DNA of 64,000 bases from a virus (lineage: Duplodnaviria > Heunggongvirae > Uroviricota > Caudoviricetes): the IMG/VR virus record IMGVR_UViG_2529292913_000008; one strand, written 5' to 3'. Shown here one piece after another: positions 37,056 through 47,170 of the stretch (its first letter is position 1; each line of letters begins with the position of its first letter). Made by a program: the position numbers and the translations under genes. The notes under the pieces were generated by a model, which saw only the letters and a program-made list of their open reading frames with translations, had not been told where the DNA came from and did not search any database.

Positions 37056-37844
37056 ATGCTGGAAAAAGACTACCAGTTATCCGCATATAAAAAATTGGCC
37101 GCCGCCGGTGGGATGAAAACACCTGGTGCCATAACATCGGCACGAAACAGTGCTAACACAGCAAAACTGCTTGCAGAAGAATTGACCGGATTAATTCTGG
37201 ATACAATTGTCTATCCCGACACTATTACCAGCTATGTTTCAACGATCAGAACAACCGCAACCGGTTTAACGAATATTGGAGGGCTGGCAACTCAGCACGC
37301 GGACCTGTTGGCTGGTTATGCTGATCTGTCAATGCTCCTTCAACTCGATATTGGTTGGGATGTTTACTGTCGTGCTAATGAGCGAGAAGTTTCAGAACTG
37401 CCGATCTCTATTGCCATTGGTGACGCGACTACAACGAAATCGCTTGAGGACGCTGTAAATGCGCTTAATGCGTCGAGTTTAGTCGCTGCTATGGGGGACG
37501 TTAACCAGACCCTTAACACAGGCTCAGGAAGCTCGTCAGGCTCTGATTCAGGTGGCGGCGCAGTCACTCCCCCACCAGCACTGACAGAACAACAAGTTGA
37601 AGCACTGAAGGAAGCTACTGAACAATTTGGTGCTTTTTTCGACCAGACAACAGTACCGGTAGCAGCATTGCAACAGCAGTATGAACGAGCGAAGGAAAGC
37701 GCCAGCGTAGCCATAACTGCTTATAACCATGCTATCGGAACCGCGCTGGCGGAAGCATCAGCAAATAAGGCCAGCACCGCCAGCGCAGTCGCAGCTTTGG
37801 TTCCTGATTCTGTTCTTGATGAATTAAACAAGGCGACACTTTAA
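37056..37844 (+). CDS. Hypothetical protein with Ser/Gly-rich linker
   Basis: 262 aa from the internal ATG preceded by an AGGAG RBS. Confidence 0.5.
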   Translation: MLEKDYQLSAYKKLAAAGGMKTPGAITSARNSANTAKLLAEELTGLILDTIVYPDTITSYVSTIRTTATGLTNIGGLATQHADLLAGYADLSMLLQLDIGWDVYCRANEREVSELPISIAIGDATTTKSLEDAVNALNASSLVAAMGDVNQTLNTGSGSSSGSDSGGGAVTPPPALTEQQVEALKEATEQFGAFFDQTTVPVAALQQQYERAKESASVAITAYNHAIGTALAEASANKASTASAVAALVPDSVLDELNKATL

Positions 37845-37883
37845 CAAAGGACTTCACAGATAATTTTTCTTCAGGAGGAAGAA

Positions 37884-38306
37884 ATGTCGTTTTTTTCAAC
37901 GTTAAAAACAGCTTTGTCTTTGAAGGAGAAACTTGCTGTTACTGGTGTTCTTGTCCTGATTTGCGCACTTGTTGGTGCTGGGTTTGCATGGGAACGTTAT
38001 CAGTTAAAGCAAGCCTTGGAAAAAATTGGCAGCCTTGATCAGGCTGTTAAGGAGCGCGATAAGTCAATCATTGATCTTAACCAGACCATTGAGACGATGA
38101 ATAAAGCGGATCAACATTTTCACAGCCAGGAAGTGAAAAATGAATCAGAACAAGCGAAGTATGCAGACAGACAAATGGAACGAAAAGCTGAAGTTCAGAA
38201 ACAACTGGTTGCGTCGGGTAGTGTTCGCCAGCGCATTCCTGTTGACACTCAGCGGTTGCTCCGGGAGTCGATCAGCGAATTTAACGCCGACGCCGACAAA
38301 GGTTAA
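37884..38306 (+). CDS. Rz-like inner-membrane spanin (i-spanin)
   Basis: 140 aa with an N-terminal transmembrane segment and a charged coiled-coil periplasmic domain. Confidence 0.55.
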   Translation: MSFFSTLKTALSLKEKLAVTGVLVLICALVGAGFAWERYQLKQALEKIGSLDQAVKERDKSIIDLNQTIETMNKADQHFHSQEVKNESEQAKYADRQMERKAEVQKQLVASGSVRQRIPVDTQRLLRESISEFNADADKG

Positions 38307-38472
38307 TCACCCTGCCCCCAAAAGTGCATTTATGTGCAGGATGCCAGAGTTTAGCAGTGAATATTTTGATGATCTGCCAGCCTATATCCTTGATACAGAA
38401 ACGATGCTGATGGGGATTAACAGGAAGAATCGCAACGTTAATGATTACAACCGCGCTATCAGCGGTAACTAA
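38140..38472 (+). CDS. Rz1-like outer-membrane lipoprotein spanin (o-spanin), overlapping the i-spanin out of frame
   Basis: AGGAAG RBS; signal peptide with lipobox LSGC followed by a Pro-rich mature region (TPTPTKVNHPAPK); starts inside the i-spanin gene in another frame and extends beyond it. Confidence 0.5.
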   Translation: MNQNKRSMQTDKWNEKLKFRNNWLRRVVFASAFLLTLSGCSGSRSANLTPTPTKVNHPAPKSAFMCRMPEFSSEYFDDLPAYILDTETMLMGINRKNRNVNDYNRAISGN

Positions 38473-38483
38473 AAGGGATTTTT

Positions 38484-38876
38484 ATGTCTGATAAAGTAAC
38501 AGTAAAGCAAACTATCAACAAAGCGACTTCAATCTACAAAATTGAGCAAATCACTGTTGGCAAGCCAGGATCTGAACAATACCGTCGTGCTTTCGAGCTT
38601 GCCGATCAGCTTGGTTTAAAACACCCGGATTGCATTGAGCATGTATTTCCGACCTATGCTGATGAGCAATGTACTCATGTTCTTACCGAAGAGGATTTTT
38701 TCTGCACTGAAGAACGAGAAGGAGTTGATCGCTGCATTGGTGTGATTTGCTCTTCAGTGAGTTATGAGTTATTCCCTAATGTCCATGAAGATGGTGGTGT
38801 TGGATACCAATTCCTGTACGAAGGCGATGAGCTTAAATGTTATGAACATGGTCTTCTTATCGAGAGCGTAGAATAA
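38484..38876 (+). CDS. Hypothetical protein (upfA-position)
   Basis: 130-aa ORF immediately upstream of oriR. Confidence 0.5.
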   Translation: MSDKVTVKQTINKATSIYKIEQITVGKPGSEQYRRAFELADQLGLKHPDCIEHVFPTYADEQCTHVLTEEDFFCTEEREGVDRCIGVICSSVSYELFPNVHEDGGVGYQFLYEGDELKCYEHGLLIESVE

Positions 38877-38914
38877 TACGGCTTCCTTCCAACCGGCTTT
38901 ATTGGCCGGTTTAT

Positions 38915-39134
38915 TCAACTTATCCACAGCATAGATCCAATAAACAGATCCTAAAGAGAACCTAGGAAGATCCAAAGAAGATCCCGGATCGCTGTAAGCC
39001 GCGCCATTTCTGGCCTGAAATGGGATCAACATTGACTATACGCGATTTTATGTTGACTGTGCACGATTTATTGTTGACTGCACGCGATTTATTGTTGACT
39101 ATACGCGACAGAAACATTGACTGTACGCGATTTT
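38915..39134. repeat. oriR/incC: DnaA box, GATC cluster and five 19-bp RepA iterons
   Basis: TTATCCACA at 38921-38929; five AGATCC-type GATC sites; iterons (A/G)TTGACTNNNCGCGA at 39031, 39052, 39073, 39094 and 39116 (21-bp spacing). Confidence 0.8.
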
Positions 39135-39210
39135 AGAGCCTGACTATTCACAGTTGTTGATAACTGCAATCCAGATGACGCCAGGCCGCGCCACATATGG
39201 AGAAACCACG

Positions 39211-40095
39211 ATGCCGGAAGAAAATAAAGGCTTCCTTAGCGTTGAAGAAGTTGCAGGAAATACAGGAGAAATCCACAGCCTGAAACCCAATAACAATAGC
39301 ACTATACAACCCATCGCTTTGTTGCGCTTAGGTGTGTTTGTGCCAACCTTAAAATCTACCAATGTGGCACTACGTCGCGGATCGTCAGTTACTACAAACA
39401 CAACGAACGCAACCGAAGAACTATCAAGCCTCAAAATTGTTGAGCAGGAAGGCTATGAGGGAATTGAAATACATGGTCCACGCCTGGATATGGATACTGA
39501 TTTTAAGGTGTGGGTGGGCATAACCTCCGCGTTGTTTGACTACGCACCTGATGATGACGGCATAATCACCCTGCCATTCTCCGAGTTTGCCGATCGATGC
39601 GGCTATCCACGTAAGCGCCTTTCAAAGGCGTTCCGTAAAAGTATTGATGACTCTCTGACACGCATTCAGCAGACAGTTGTCAAATTCCGCTTCCCGGCGG
39701 CAAAAGGTCATCTCAATAACATTAACGTCAACTTGTTGGCATATAGCAGCCTGAATACCGAGCTTGATGTTATCGAGATCCAGCCGCAGAAACAGCTATC
39801 TGAACTTTACTATGTTGACTATAAGCGAATCCTGAAGCTGAAGATGCTGGATAAGCTCGGGCGCAAAGAGACGGCCAAGGTGCTGTATACATTCTTTGAG
39901 GCTCTACCCGCCAACCCGGCACCTGTCAGCATTGAGCGCCTTAGAGCAAGGCTTAATCTCAAATCATCCGTTAGCGTGCAAAATAGCGTTATCAGAAAAG
40001 CTATGAAAGATTTGGAAGCTATTGAATATCTTAAATTTTCAGAGATAAAAAACGGCAGGAAAATCGGCTTCCAGATCCATAAGCGCAATCCATAA
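39211..40095 (+). CDS. repA: Plasmid replication initiator RepA (P1 family, divergent)
   Basis: 294 aa from the ATG at 39211 (GGAG RBS); flanked by iteron arrays on both sides. Confidence 0.7.
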   Translation: MPEENKGFLSVEEVAGNTGEIHSLKPNNNSTIQPIALLRLGVFVPTLKSTNVALRRGSSVTTNTTNATEELSSLKIVEQEGYEGIEIHGPRLDMDTDFKVWVGITSALFDYAPDDDGIITLPFSEFADRCGYPRKRLSKAFRKSIDDSLTRIQQTVVKFRFPAAKGHLNNINVNLLAYSSLNTELDVIEIQPQKQLSELYYVDYKRILKLKMLDKLGRKETAKVLYTFFEALPANPAPVSIERLRARLNLKSSVSVQNSVIRKAMKDLEAIEYLKFSEIKNGRKIGFQIHKRNP

Positions 40096-40096
40096 T

Positions 40097-40356
40097 ATTG
40101 ACTATATGCGATAGCGAGAAGTTGACTATAGGCGACATTCGTTGACGCTGGTGGATTTTTGCTGGCGTCAATATTCTGCAAGTCGCTATTGAGATGGCTT
40201 TTAGGGTCATTTCATCGCGTATAGTCAACGTTTCTCCCGACAATATCTTACATAGTCGATTTTTGGTGGAGTTAAATCGACTACAGTCAACTTTTGACTG
40301 TAGTCACATCGCGCATAGTCAACTATTCACATTAACTTTCGCGCATAGTCAACATT
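40097..40356. repeat. incA copy-control iteron array (about nine iterons, both orientations)
   Basis: Repeated TTGACTATANGCGA and TCGCGNATAGTCAA motifs directly downstream of repA. Confidence 0.75.
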
Positions 40357-40387
40357 TGCGCGGTTCTCATCAAGCAGTGGTATTGAT

Positions 40388-40915
40388 ATGCAAGAAGAGA
40401 AACAACACTACCTCTACGTTCTGGTGCCGGAGAACGGAGATACTTTTAAAATCGGCATTTCATGTGGTCCATTGGCACGGTTTAAAGGGCTACAAGTGAG
40501 TCCCGATTTTGCGCTTTCACGGGTCTATCGTGGTACGCGTTTGGCAATGGTTAATCTTGAGCGGGCTTTACACGCAACCTTTTTCCCCTGGAATGCGCCG
40601 TGGGAGAAAAGCGCAGGTGGCGGGCATACTGAATGGTTTACACGAGAGTGTCTTGATAAGGTTTTGGCTCATATCGAATATCTAAATGATATGTGGGGAG
40701 GGATTCTCGAGCGCATTAAGTCGAATGATTTACTTCAGCGTCCAGTAGATGCTGCTTGCTCTTTCGAAAAAGAGCTGGATGTTACTTCTATCGTGACTTT
40801 CAAAGATGACGCAGGAATGAGGGACGTGGCTTATGTCTCCATATCTGGCTATGAACCGGACGCGATCCGCGCTCAGTGTGAATTGCTGAAAGCAATGTTT
40901 ATGCTTCGGACTTAA
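40388..40915 (+). CDS. T5orf172/GIY-YIG-like domain protein
   Basis: 175 aa; N-terminal YLYVLVPENGDTFKIGIS...TEWF resembles the T5orf172 motif set; sits between incA and parA. Confidence 0.5.
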   Translation: MQEEKQHYLYVLVPENGDTFKIGISCGPLARFKGLQVSPDFALSRVYRGTRLAMVNLERALHATFFPWNAPWEKSAGGGHTEWFTRECLDKVLAHIEYLNDMWGGILERIKSNDLLQRPVDAACSFEKELDVTSIVTFKDDAGMRDVAYVSISGYEPDAIRAQCELLKAMFMLRT

Positions 40916-40936
40916 TATCCCTGGGATACAGGGCGG

Positions 40937-41197
40937 GTGTGCTTCCCTATGGAAGAGTTAACCGCCACCATTGATTCCCAGCTTTACCACGATAATCCAG
41001 AGAAGTTTTTTAGCCTTTTAGCCGGTAATGGGCTTAACTGTGTGTCCGGGCTGGGGCGAAGTAGAATCCAACATGCCTCGCTCTTCGGTCCCATCTTTTA
41101 CGATCGACATGGGTACTTTGAGGCTGAACTTCCGGCGCTTACGCGTGCTATAGATACTATCGATTTCGAACGATTATTCGCTGCTCTTAGCAAATAA
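40937..41197 (+). CDS. Hypothetical small protein
   Basis: 86-aa ORF following the T5orf172-like gene, with a terminator right after. Confidence 0.4.
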   Translation: MCFPMEELTATIDSQLYHDNPEKFFSLLAGNGLNCVSGLGRSRIQHASLFGPIFYDRHGYFEAELPALTRAIDTIDFERLFAALSK

Positions 41198-41204
41198 CAC
41201 TGAT

Positions 41205-41226
41205 GCCCCTGAACGGGGCTTTTTTG
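41205..41226 (+). terminator. Rho-independent terminator
   Basis: gcccctgaacggggc followed by a T-run. Confidence 0.65.
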
Positions 41227-41365
41227 TGCCCTCCTTGTAACTCTCAATCGTGCAAAATGAACCAAACACGCAGAGAATGCTATGTACAAGCATCTACGCA
41301 TACATTATTATTTTATGCAGCTTTTTTAATTAAATTCAAAAATACAGCATAAAGGATGACTTTCG

Positions 41366-42562
41366 ATGAGTGATTCCAGCCAGCTTCACAAGGTTGCTCA
41401 AAGAGCAAATAGAATGCTCAATGTTCTGACTGAACAAGTACAGTTGCAAAAGGATGAGCTACACGCGAACGAGTTTTACCAGGTCTATGCGAAAGCGGCA
41501 CTGGCAAAATTGCCTCTACTGACTCGAGCGAACGTTGACTATGCTGTAAGTGAAATGGAAGAAAAGGGTTATGTTTTCGATAAGCGCCCTGCTGGCTCTT
41601 CAATGAAATATGCGATGTCAATTCAGAACATCATTGACATATATGAACATCGCGGAGTGCCAAAATACCGGGATCGCTACAGCGAAGCGTATGTGATTTT
41701 CATCTCCAATCTTAAAGGCGGTGTGTCAAAAACTGTATCGACGGTTTCTCTGGCGCATGCAATGCGTGCTCACCCTCATCTTCTGATGGAAGATTTAAGG
41801 ATTCTGGTTATTGACCTTGATCCGCAATCTTCAGCAACGATGTTTTTAAGCCATAAACACTCTATTGGTATCGTAAACGCAACATCTGCACAGGCTATGT
41901 TGCAGAATGTAAGCCGTGAAGAGCTGTTAGAGGAGTTTATTGTTCCTTCTGTTGTACCTGGGGTTGACGTTATGCCTGCGTCGATTGACGATGCCTTTAT
42001 TGCATCCGATTGGAGAGAGCTGTGCAATGAGCATCTACCGGGTCAGAACATCCATGCTGTCCTGAAAGAAAATGTGATTGATAAGCTGAAGAGCGATTAT
42101 GATTTTATCCTCGTTGATAGTGGTCCTCACCTTGACGCCTTCCTGAAAAATGCTTTGGCCTCGGCCAATATACTGTTTACACCTCTGCCGCCAGCAACTG
42201 TCGATTTCCACTCATCGCTTAAATACGTTGCCCGCCTTCCTGAGTTGGTGAAACTCATTTCGGATGAAGGCTGCGAGTGCCAGCTTGCGACTAACATTGG
42301 TTTTATGTCCAAGTTGAGTAACAAGGCAGATCATAAGTATTGCCATAGCCTGGCTAAAGAAGTGTTCGGTGGGGATATGCTCGATGTCGTCCTCCCTCGC
42401 CTTGACGGTTTTGAACGTTGCGGCGAGTCTTTTGACACTGTTATTTCAGCTAACCCGGCAACGTATGTTGGTAGTGCTGATGCATTGAAGAACGCGCGAA
42501 TTGCCGCGGAAGATTTTGCTAAAGCAGTTTTTGACCGTATTGAATTTATCAGATCTAACTGA
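41366..42562 (+). CDS. parA: Partition ATPase ParA
   Basis: 398 aa with deviant Walker A KGGVSKT and an N-terminal HTH extension; same length as P1 ParA. Confidence 0.85.
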   Translation: MSDSSQLHKVAQRANRMLNVLTEQVQLQKDELHANEFYQVYAKAALAKLPLLTRANVDYAVSEMEEKGYVFDKRPAGSSMKYAMSIQNIIDIYEHRGVPKYRDRYSEAYVIFISNLKGGVSKTVSTVSLAHAMRAHPHLLMEDLRILVIDLDPQSSATMFLSHKHSIGIVNATSAQAMLQNVSREELLEEFIVPSVVPGVDVMPASIDDAFIASDWRELCNEHLPGQNIHAVLKENVIDKLKSDYDFILVDSGPHLDAFLKNALASANILFTPLPPATVDFHSSLKYVARLPELVKLISDEGCECQLATNIGFMSKLSNKADHKYCHSLAKEVFGGDMLDVVLPRLDGFERCGESFDTVISANPATYVGSADALKNARIAAEDFAKAVFDRIEFIRSN

Positions 42563-42578
42563 GGAGTAAGAAACCCCC

Positions 42579-43580
42579 ATGTCAAAGAAAAACAGACCAA
42601 CAATTGGGCGAACCCTTAATCCTTCAATATTAAGCGGATTTGATAGTTCTTCAGCCTCTGGCGATCGAGTCGAGCAGGTATTCAAGTTATCAACTGGTCG
42701 CCAGGCCACATTTATTGAAGAGGTAATACCTCCGAACCAGGTAGAAAGCGATACCTTTGTTGATCAGCATAACAACGGGCGTGACCAGGCATCTCTTACG
42801 CCAAAATCATTAAAAAGTATCCGAAGCACTATTAAGCATCAGCAATTTTACCCTGCAATAGGTGTTAGACGGGCAACAGGGAAAATTGAAATTTTGGATG
42901 GTTCCCGGCGTCGAGCTTCTGCCATCTTAGAGAACGTAGGGTTGCGGGTTTTAGTCACGGACCAGGAGATCAGCGTTCAGGAAGCGCTAAATTTAGCGAA
43001 AGACGTTCAGACAGCATTGCAGCACAGCATTCGAGAAATAGGTCTGCGTTTGATGCGAATGAAAAATGATGGGATGAGTCAGAAGGATATTGCAGCCAAA
43101 GAAGGGCTGTCTCAGGCGAAGGTCACGCGTGCTCTCCAGGCAGCGAGTGCTCCGGAAGAATTAGTCGCCCTTTTCCCTGTGCAGTCGGAATTAACCTTTT
43201 CGGACTACAAAACGCTTTGTGCTGTTGGCGACGAAATGGGGAACAAGAATTTAGAGTTTGATCAGCTTATTCAAAATATATCCCCGGAAATAAACGACAT
43301 CTTATCCATTGAAGAAATGGCCGAAGATGAAGTTAAAAATAAAATCCTGCGCTTGATAACAAAGGAAGCCTCACTACTCACGGATAAAGGTTCTAAAGAT
43401 AAGTCCGTAGTTACTGAATTATGGAAATTTGAGGACAAGGATCGCTTTGCAAGGAAGCGCGTGAAAGGCCGTGCATTTTCTTATGAGTTTAATCGACTTT
43501 CAAAAGAGCTACAGGAAGAACTCGACAGGATGATTGGGCATATCCTTAGAAAGAGCCTCGATAAAAAGCCGAAGCCTTAA
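42579..43580 (+). CDS. parB: Partition protein ParB
   Basis: 333 aa, ParB/Spo0J-like, directly downstream of parA and upstream of parS; same length as P1 ParB. Confidence 0.85.
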   Translation: MSKKNRPTIGRTLNPSILSGFDSSSASGDRVEQVFKLSTGRQATFIEEVIPPNQVESDTFVDQHNNGRDQASLTPKSLKSIRSTIKHQQFYPAIGVRRATGKIEILDGSRRRASAILENVGLRVLVTDQEISVQEALNLAKDVQTALQHSIREIGLRLMRMKNDGMSQKDIAAKEGLSQAKVTRALQAASAPEELVALFPVQSELTFSDYKTLCAVGDEMGNKNLEFDQLIQNISPEINDILSIEEMAEDEVKNKILRLITKEASLLTDKGSKDKSVVTELWKFEDKDRFARKRVKGRAFSYEFNRLSKELQEELDRMIGHILRKSLDKKPKP

Positions 43581-43582
43581 AC

Positions 43583-43670
43583 TTTCGCCATTCAAATTTC
43601 ACTATTAAACTACTGTTTTTAAAGTAAATCCCTCTAAAATTTCAAGGTGAAATCGCCACGACTTCACCTT
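43583..43670. other. parS: parS centromere (box A/box B motifs around a central AT-rich IHF-like region)
   Basis: TCGCCA and ATTTCAC on the left, GTGAAATCGCCACGACTTCAC on the right, as in P1 parS. Confidence 0.7.
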
Positions 43671-43804
43671 GGATTTTACCTTCCTCCCCTACTCCCGAAA
43701 AAATAAAAAAATTGCTTGTCACGAGAAAGTCAACAAGTGACTTTCAATAAAATCTCTTCCGAAAAGGGATTCACACAAGTGCCTTGTGTTTAAGGAAGAG
43801 TAAA

Positions 43805-45511
43805 TTGAGTAACTTACGCGAATACCAGAATCGTATTGCAGATATCGCAAAACGCTCTAAAGCTGTGCTTGGCTGGGCAAGCACTGCGCAGTTCGGTACT
43901 GATAACCAATTCATTAAAGATGATGCCGCGCGTGCCGCATCTATCCTTGAAGCTGCACGTAAAGACCCGGTTTTTGCGGGTATCTCTGATAATGCCACCG
44001 CTCAAATCGCTACAGCGTGGGCAAGTGCACTGGCTGACTACGCCGCAGCACATAAATCTATGCCGCGTCCGGAAATTCTGGCCTCCTGCCACCAGACGCT
44101 GGAAAACTGCCTGATTGAGTCCACCCGCAATAGCATGGATGCCACTAATAAAGCGATGCTGGAATCCGTCGCAGCAGAGATGATGAGCGTTTCTGACGGT
44201 GTTATGCGTCTGCCTTTATTCCTCGCGATGATCCTGCCTGTTCAGTTGGGGGCAGCTACCGCTGATGCGTGTACCTTCATTCCGGTTACGCGTGACCAGT
44301 CCGACATCTATGAAGTCTTTAACGTGGCAGGTTCCTCTTTTGGTTCTTATGCTGCTGGTGATGTTCTGGACATGCAATCCGTCGGTGTGTACAGCCAGTT
44401 ACGTCGCCGCTATGTGCTGGTGGCAAGCTCCGATGGCACCAGCAAAACCGCAACCTTCAAGATGGAAGACTTCGAAGGCCAGAATGTACCAATCCGAAAA
44501 GGTCGTACTAACATCTACGTTAACCGTATTAAGTCTGTTGTTGATAACGGTTCCGGCAGCCTACTTCACTCGTTTACTAATGCTGCTGGTGAGCAAATCA
44601 CTGTTACCTGCTCTCTGAACTACAACATTGGTCAGATTGCCCTGTCGTTCTCCAAAGCGCCGGATAAAGGCACTGAGATCGCAATTGAGACGGAAATCAA
44701 TATTGAAGCCGCTCCTGAGCTGATCCCGCTGATCAACCACGAAATGAAGAAATACACCCTGTTCCCAAGCCAGTTCGTTATCGCGGCTGAGCACACGGTA
44801 CAGGCGGCGTATGAAGCACAGCGTGAATTTGGTCTGGACCTGGGTTCCCTACAGTTCCGCACCCTGAAGGAATACCTGTCTCATGAACAGGATATGCTGC
44901 GTCTTCGCATCATGATCTGGCGTACTCTTGCGACCGACACCTTTGACATCGCTCTGCCGGTTAACCAGTCCTTTGATGTATGGGCAACCATCATTCGTGG
45001 CAAATTCCAGACTGTATATCGCGACATTATTGAGCGCGTTAAATCTTCTGGTGCGATGGGGATGTTTGCTGGTGCTGATGCAGCATCTTTCTTCAAACAG
45101 TTGCCGAAGGATTTCTTCCAGCCAGCCGAAGACTATATCCAGACTCCGTATGTTCACTACATCGGTACCCTGTTCGGTAACGTGAAAGTGTACGAAGTAC
45201 CTGCTGGTATTTGTAAGAACTTAACGACAGAGAACATTCAGTTCAGCTCGATGGATGTGCTGTGCTACGTCCGTGATGAAAATCCGGGTAAAGCAGGCTT
45301 CGTGACTGGTGATGCTGTCCCGGCCATCCCGTTCCAGCATCCGACCACTCCGGCGCTGGTCAACCGTACCACGCTGTGGGGTTCGGCTATCAACGATATG
45401 CACCCACGCAACGGCGCTGATTACTTCACTCGTGTAACGCTGACAATGGCCAAAAAAGGCGGGCTTAACTTCATTAGCGGCGACACGATTGATGCCGGTG
45501 ACTCTGAGTAA
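43805..45511 (+). CDS. Major structural (head) protein-like (gene 23-position)
   Basis: Long ORF after parS; likely TTG start at 43805 behind an AAGGAAG RBS (the ORF track starts at 43784, also TTG); start uncertain. Confidence 0.5.
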   Translation: MSNLREYQNRIADIAKRSKAVLGWASTAQFGTDNQFIKDDAARAASILEAARKDPVFAGISDNATAQIATAWASALADYAAAHKSMPRPEILASCHQTLENCLIESTRNSMDATNKAMLESVAAEMMSVSDGVMRLPLFLAMILPVQLGAATADACTFIPVTRDQSDIYEVFNVAGSSFGSYAAGDVLDMQSVGVYSQLRRRYVLVASSDGTSKTATFKMEDFEGQNVPIRKGRTNIYVNRIKSVVDNGSGSLLHSFTNAAGEQITVTCSLNYNIGQIALSFSKAPDKGTEIAIETEINIEAAPELIPLINHEMKKYTLFPSQFVIAAEHTVQAAYEAQREFGLDLGSLQFRTLKEYLSHEQDMLRLRIMIWRTLATDTFDIALPVNQSFDVWATIIRGKFQTVYRDIIERVKSSGAMGMFAGADAASFFKQLPKDFFQPAEDYIQTPYVHYIGTLFGNVKVYEVPAGICKNLTTENIQFSSMDVLCYVRDENPGKAGFVTGDAVPAIPFQHPTTPALVNRTTLWGSAINDMHPRNGADYFTRVTLTMAKKGGLNFISGDTIDAGDSE

Positions 45512-45571
45512 TCAGGGGAAGTTCTCCGTTTAACATAGCGCCCCCGTGCGGGGCGCATAACAGGGAAAGTT

Positions 45572-47161
45572 ATGTCTCAATATTCAATTCAACAGTCATT
45601 AGGTAATGCATCCGGCGTCGCGGTTAGCCCGATCAATGCCGATGCGACGTTATCTACCGGTGTTGCATTAAATAGCAGCTTGTGGGCTGGTATTGGCGTA
45701 TTTGCGCGTGGCAAGCCGTTTACTGTTCTTGCGGTTACTGAGTCCAATTACGAAGATGTTCTCGGCGAACCGCTGAAGCCGTCTTCCGGCCCACAGTTCG
45801 AACCAATTCGCCATGTATACGAAGCTATTCAGCAAACGTCTGGTTATGTTGTCCGTGCTGTTCCGGATGATGCGAAGTTCCCGATTATTATGTTCGATGA
45901 ATCAGGCGAACCGGCTTACAGTGCGTTGCCATACGGTTCTGAAATTGAACTTGATAGCGGCGAAGCCTTTGCTATCTACGTTGATGATGGTGATCCGTGT
46001 ATTTCACCTACCCGTGAGTTAACCATCGAAACGGCAACAGCGGACAGCGCGAGTAATGAACGCTTCATCTTAAAACTGACCCAGACGACTTCGCTTGGTG
46101 TGGTAACGACCCTGGAGACACACACTGTGTCTTTGGCGGAAGAAGCGAAAGATGACATGGGCCGCTTGTGTTATCTGCCTACGGCTCTGGAAGCTCGTTC
46201 TAAATATCTGCGCGCGGTTGTTAATGAAGATCTGATTTCTACAGCGAAAGTAACAAACAAAAAATCGTTGGCGTTCACTGGTGGTACCAACGGTGATCAG
46301 TCGAAAATCTCAACCGCTGCGTACCTGCGTGCGGTGAAAGTGCTGAACAATGCGCCGTACATGTACACCGCTGTTCTTGGCCTGGGCTGCTATGACAATG
46401 CGGCTATCACCGCATTAGGTAAAATCTGTGCAGATCGCCTGATTGATGGCTTCTTTGATGTCAAACCGACATTAAGGTACGCAGAAGCACTAACAGCTGT
46501 TGAGGGTACCGGTTTACTTGGTACCGATTATGTAAGCTGTTCTGTCTATCACTACCCGTTCTCCTGCAAAGACAAATGGACCCAATCCCGTGTGGTCTTT
46601 GGTCTGTCTGGCGTGGCGTATGCGGCGAAAGCTCATGGCGTCAAGAAAAACTCTGATGTCGGCGGTTGGCATTACTCACCGGCTGGTGAAGAACGTGCCG
46701 TCATTGCTCGTGCGTCAATTCAACCGCTGTATCCGGAAGATACCCCGGACGAAGAAGCAATGGTCAAGGGCCGTCTCAATAAAGTATCTGTTGGCACCTC
46801 TGGCCAGATGATCATCGACGATGCTTTAACTTGCTGCACGCAGGATAACTATCTGCACTTCCAGCACGTCCCATCCCTGATGAATGCAATCAGCCGTTTC
46901 TTTGTCCAGTTAGCCCGACAGATGAAGCATAGCCCGGACGGTATTACTGCGGCTGGCCTGACTAAAGGGATGACCAAACTTTTAGATCGCTTTGTCGCCT
47001 CCGGCGCTCTGGTGGCTCCTCGTGATCCCGATGCTGACGGTACAGAACCGTATGTGCTGAAAGTTACGCAGGCGGAATTCGATAAATGGGAAGTAGTCTG
47101 GGCCTGCTGCCCGACTGGCGTAGCCCGTCGTATCCAGGGCGTACCGCTGCTTATTAAGTAA
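45572..47161 (+). CDS. Structural protein, possibly tail sheath (gene 22-position)
   Basis: 529-aa ORF; assignment by size and synteny only. Confidence 0.45.
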   Translation: MSQYSIQQSLGNASGVAVSPINADATLSTGVALNSSLWAGIGVFARGKPFTVLAVTESNYEDVLGEPLKPSSGPQFEPIRHVYEAIQQTSGYVVRAVPDDAKFPIIMFDESGEPAYSALPYGSEIELDSGEAFAIYVDDGDPCISPTRELTIETATADSASNERFILKLTQTTSLGVVTTLETHTVSLAEEAKDDMGRLCYLPTALEARSKYLRAVVNEDLISTAKVTNKKSLAFTGGTNGDQSKISTAAYLRAVKVLNNAPYMYTAVLGLGCYDNAAITALGKICADRLIDGFFDVKPTLRYAEALTAVEGTGLLGTDYVSCSVYHYPFSCKDKWTQSRVVFGLSGVAYAAKAHGVKKNSDVGGWHYSPAGEERAVIARASIQPLYPEDTPDEEAMVKGRLNKVSVGTSGQMIIDDALTCCTQDNYLHFQHVPSLMNAISRFFVQLARQMKHSPDGITAAGLTKGMTKLLDRFVASGALVAPRDPDADGTEPYVLKVTQAEFDKWEVVWACCPTGVARRIQGVPLLIK

Positions 47162-47170
47162 GGGAATACA

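Noticed and set aside
39031-40356. Regularly spaced direct repeats that could be mistaken for a CRISPR array
   Set aside because: The 19-bp units at 21-bp spacing flank repA and match plasmid iteron architecture (incC/incA); there are no spacers and no cas genes.
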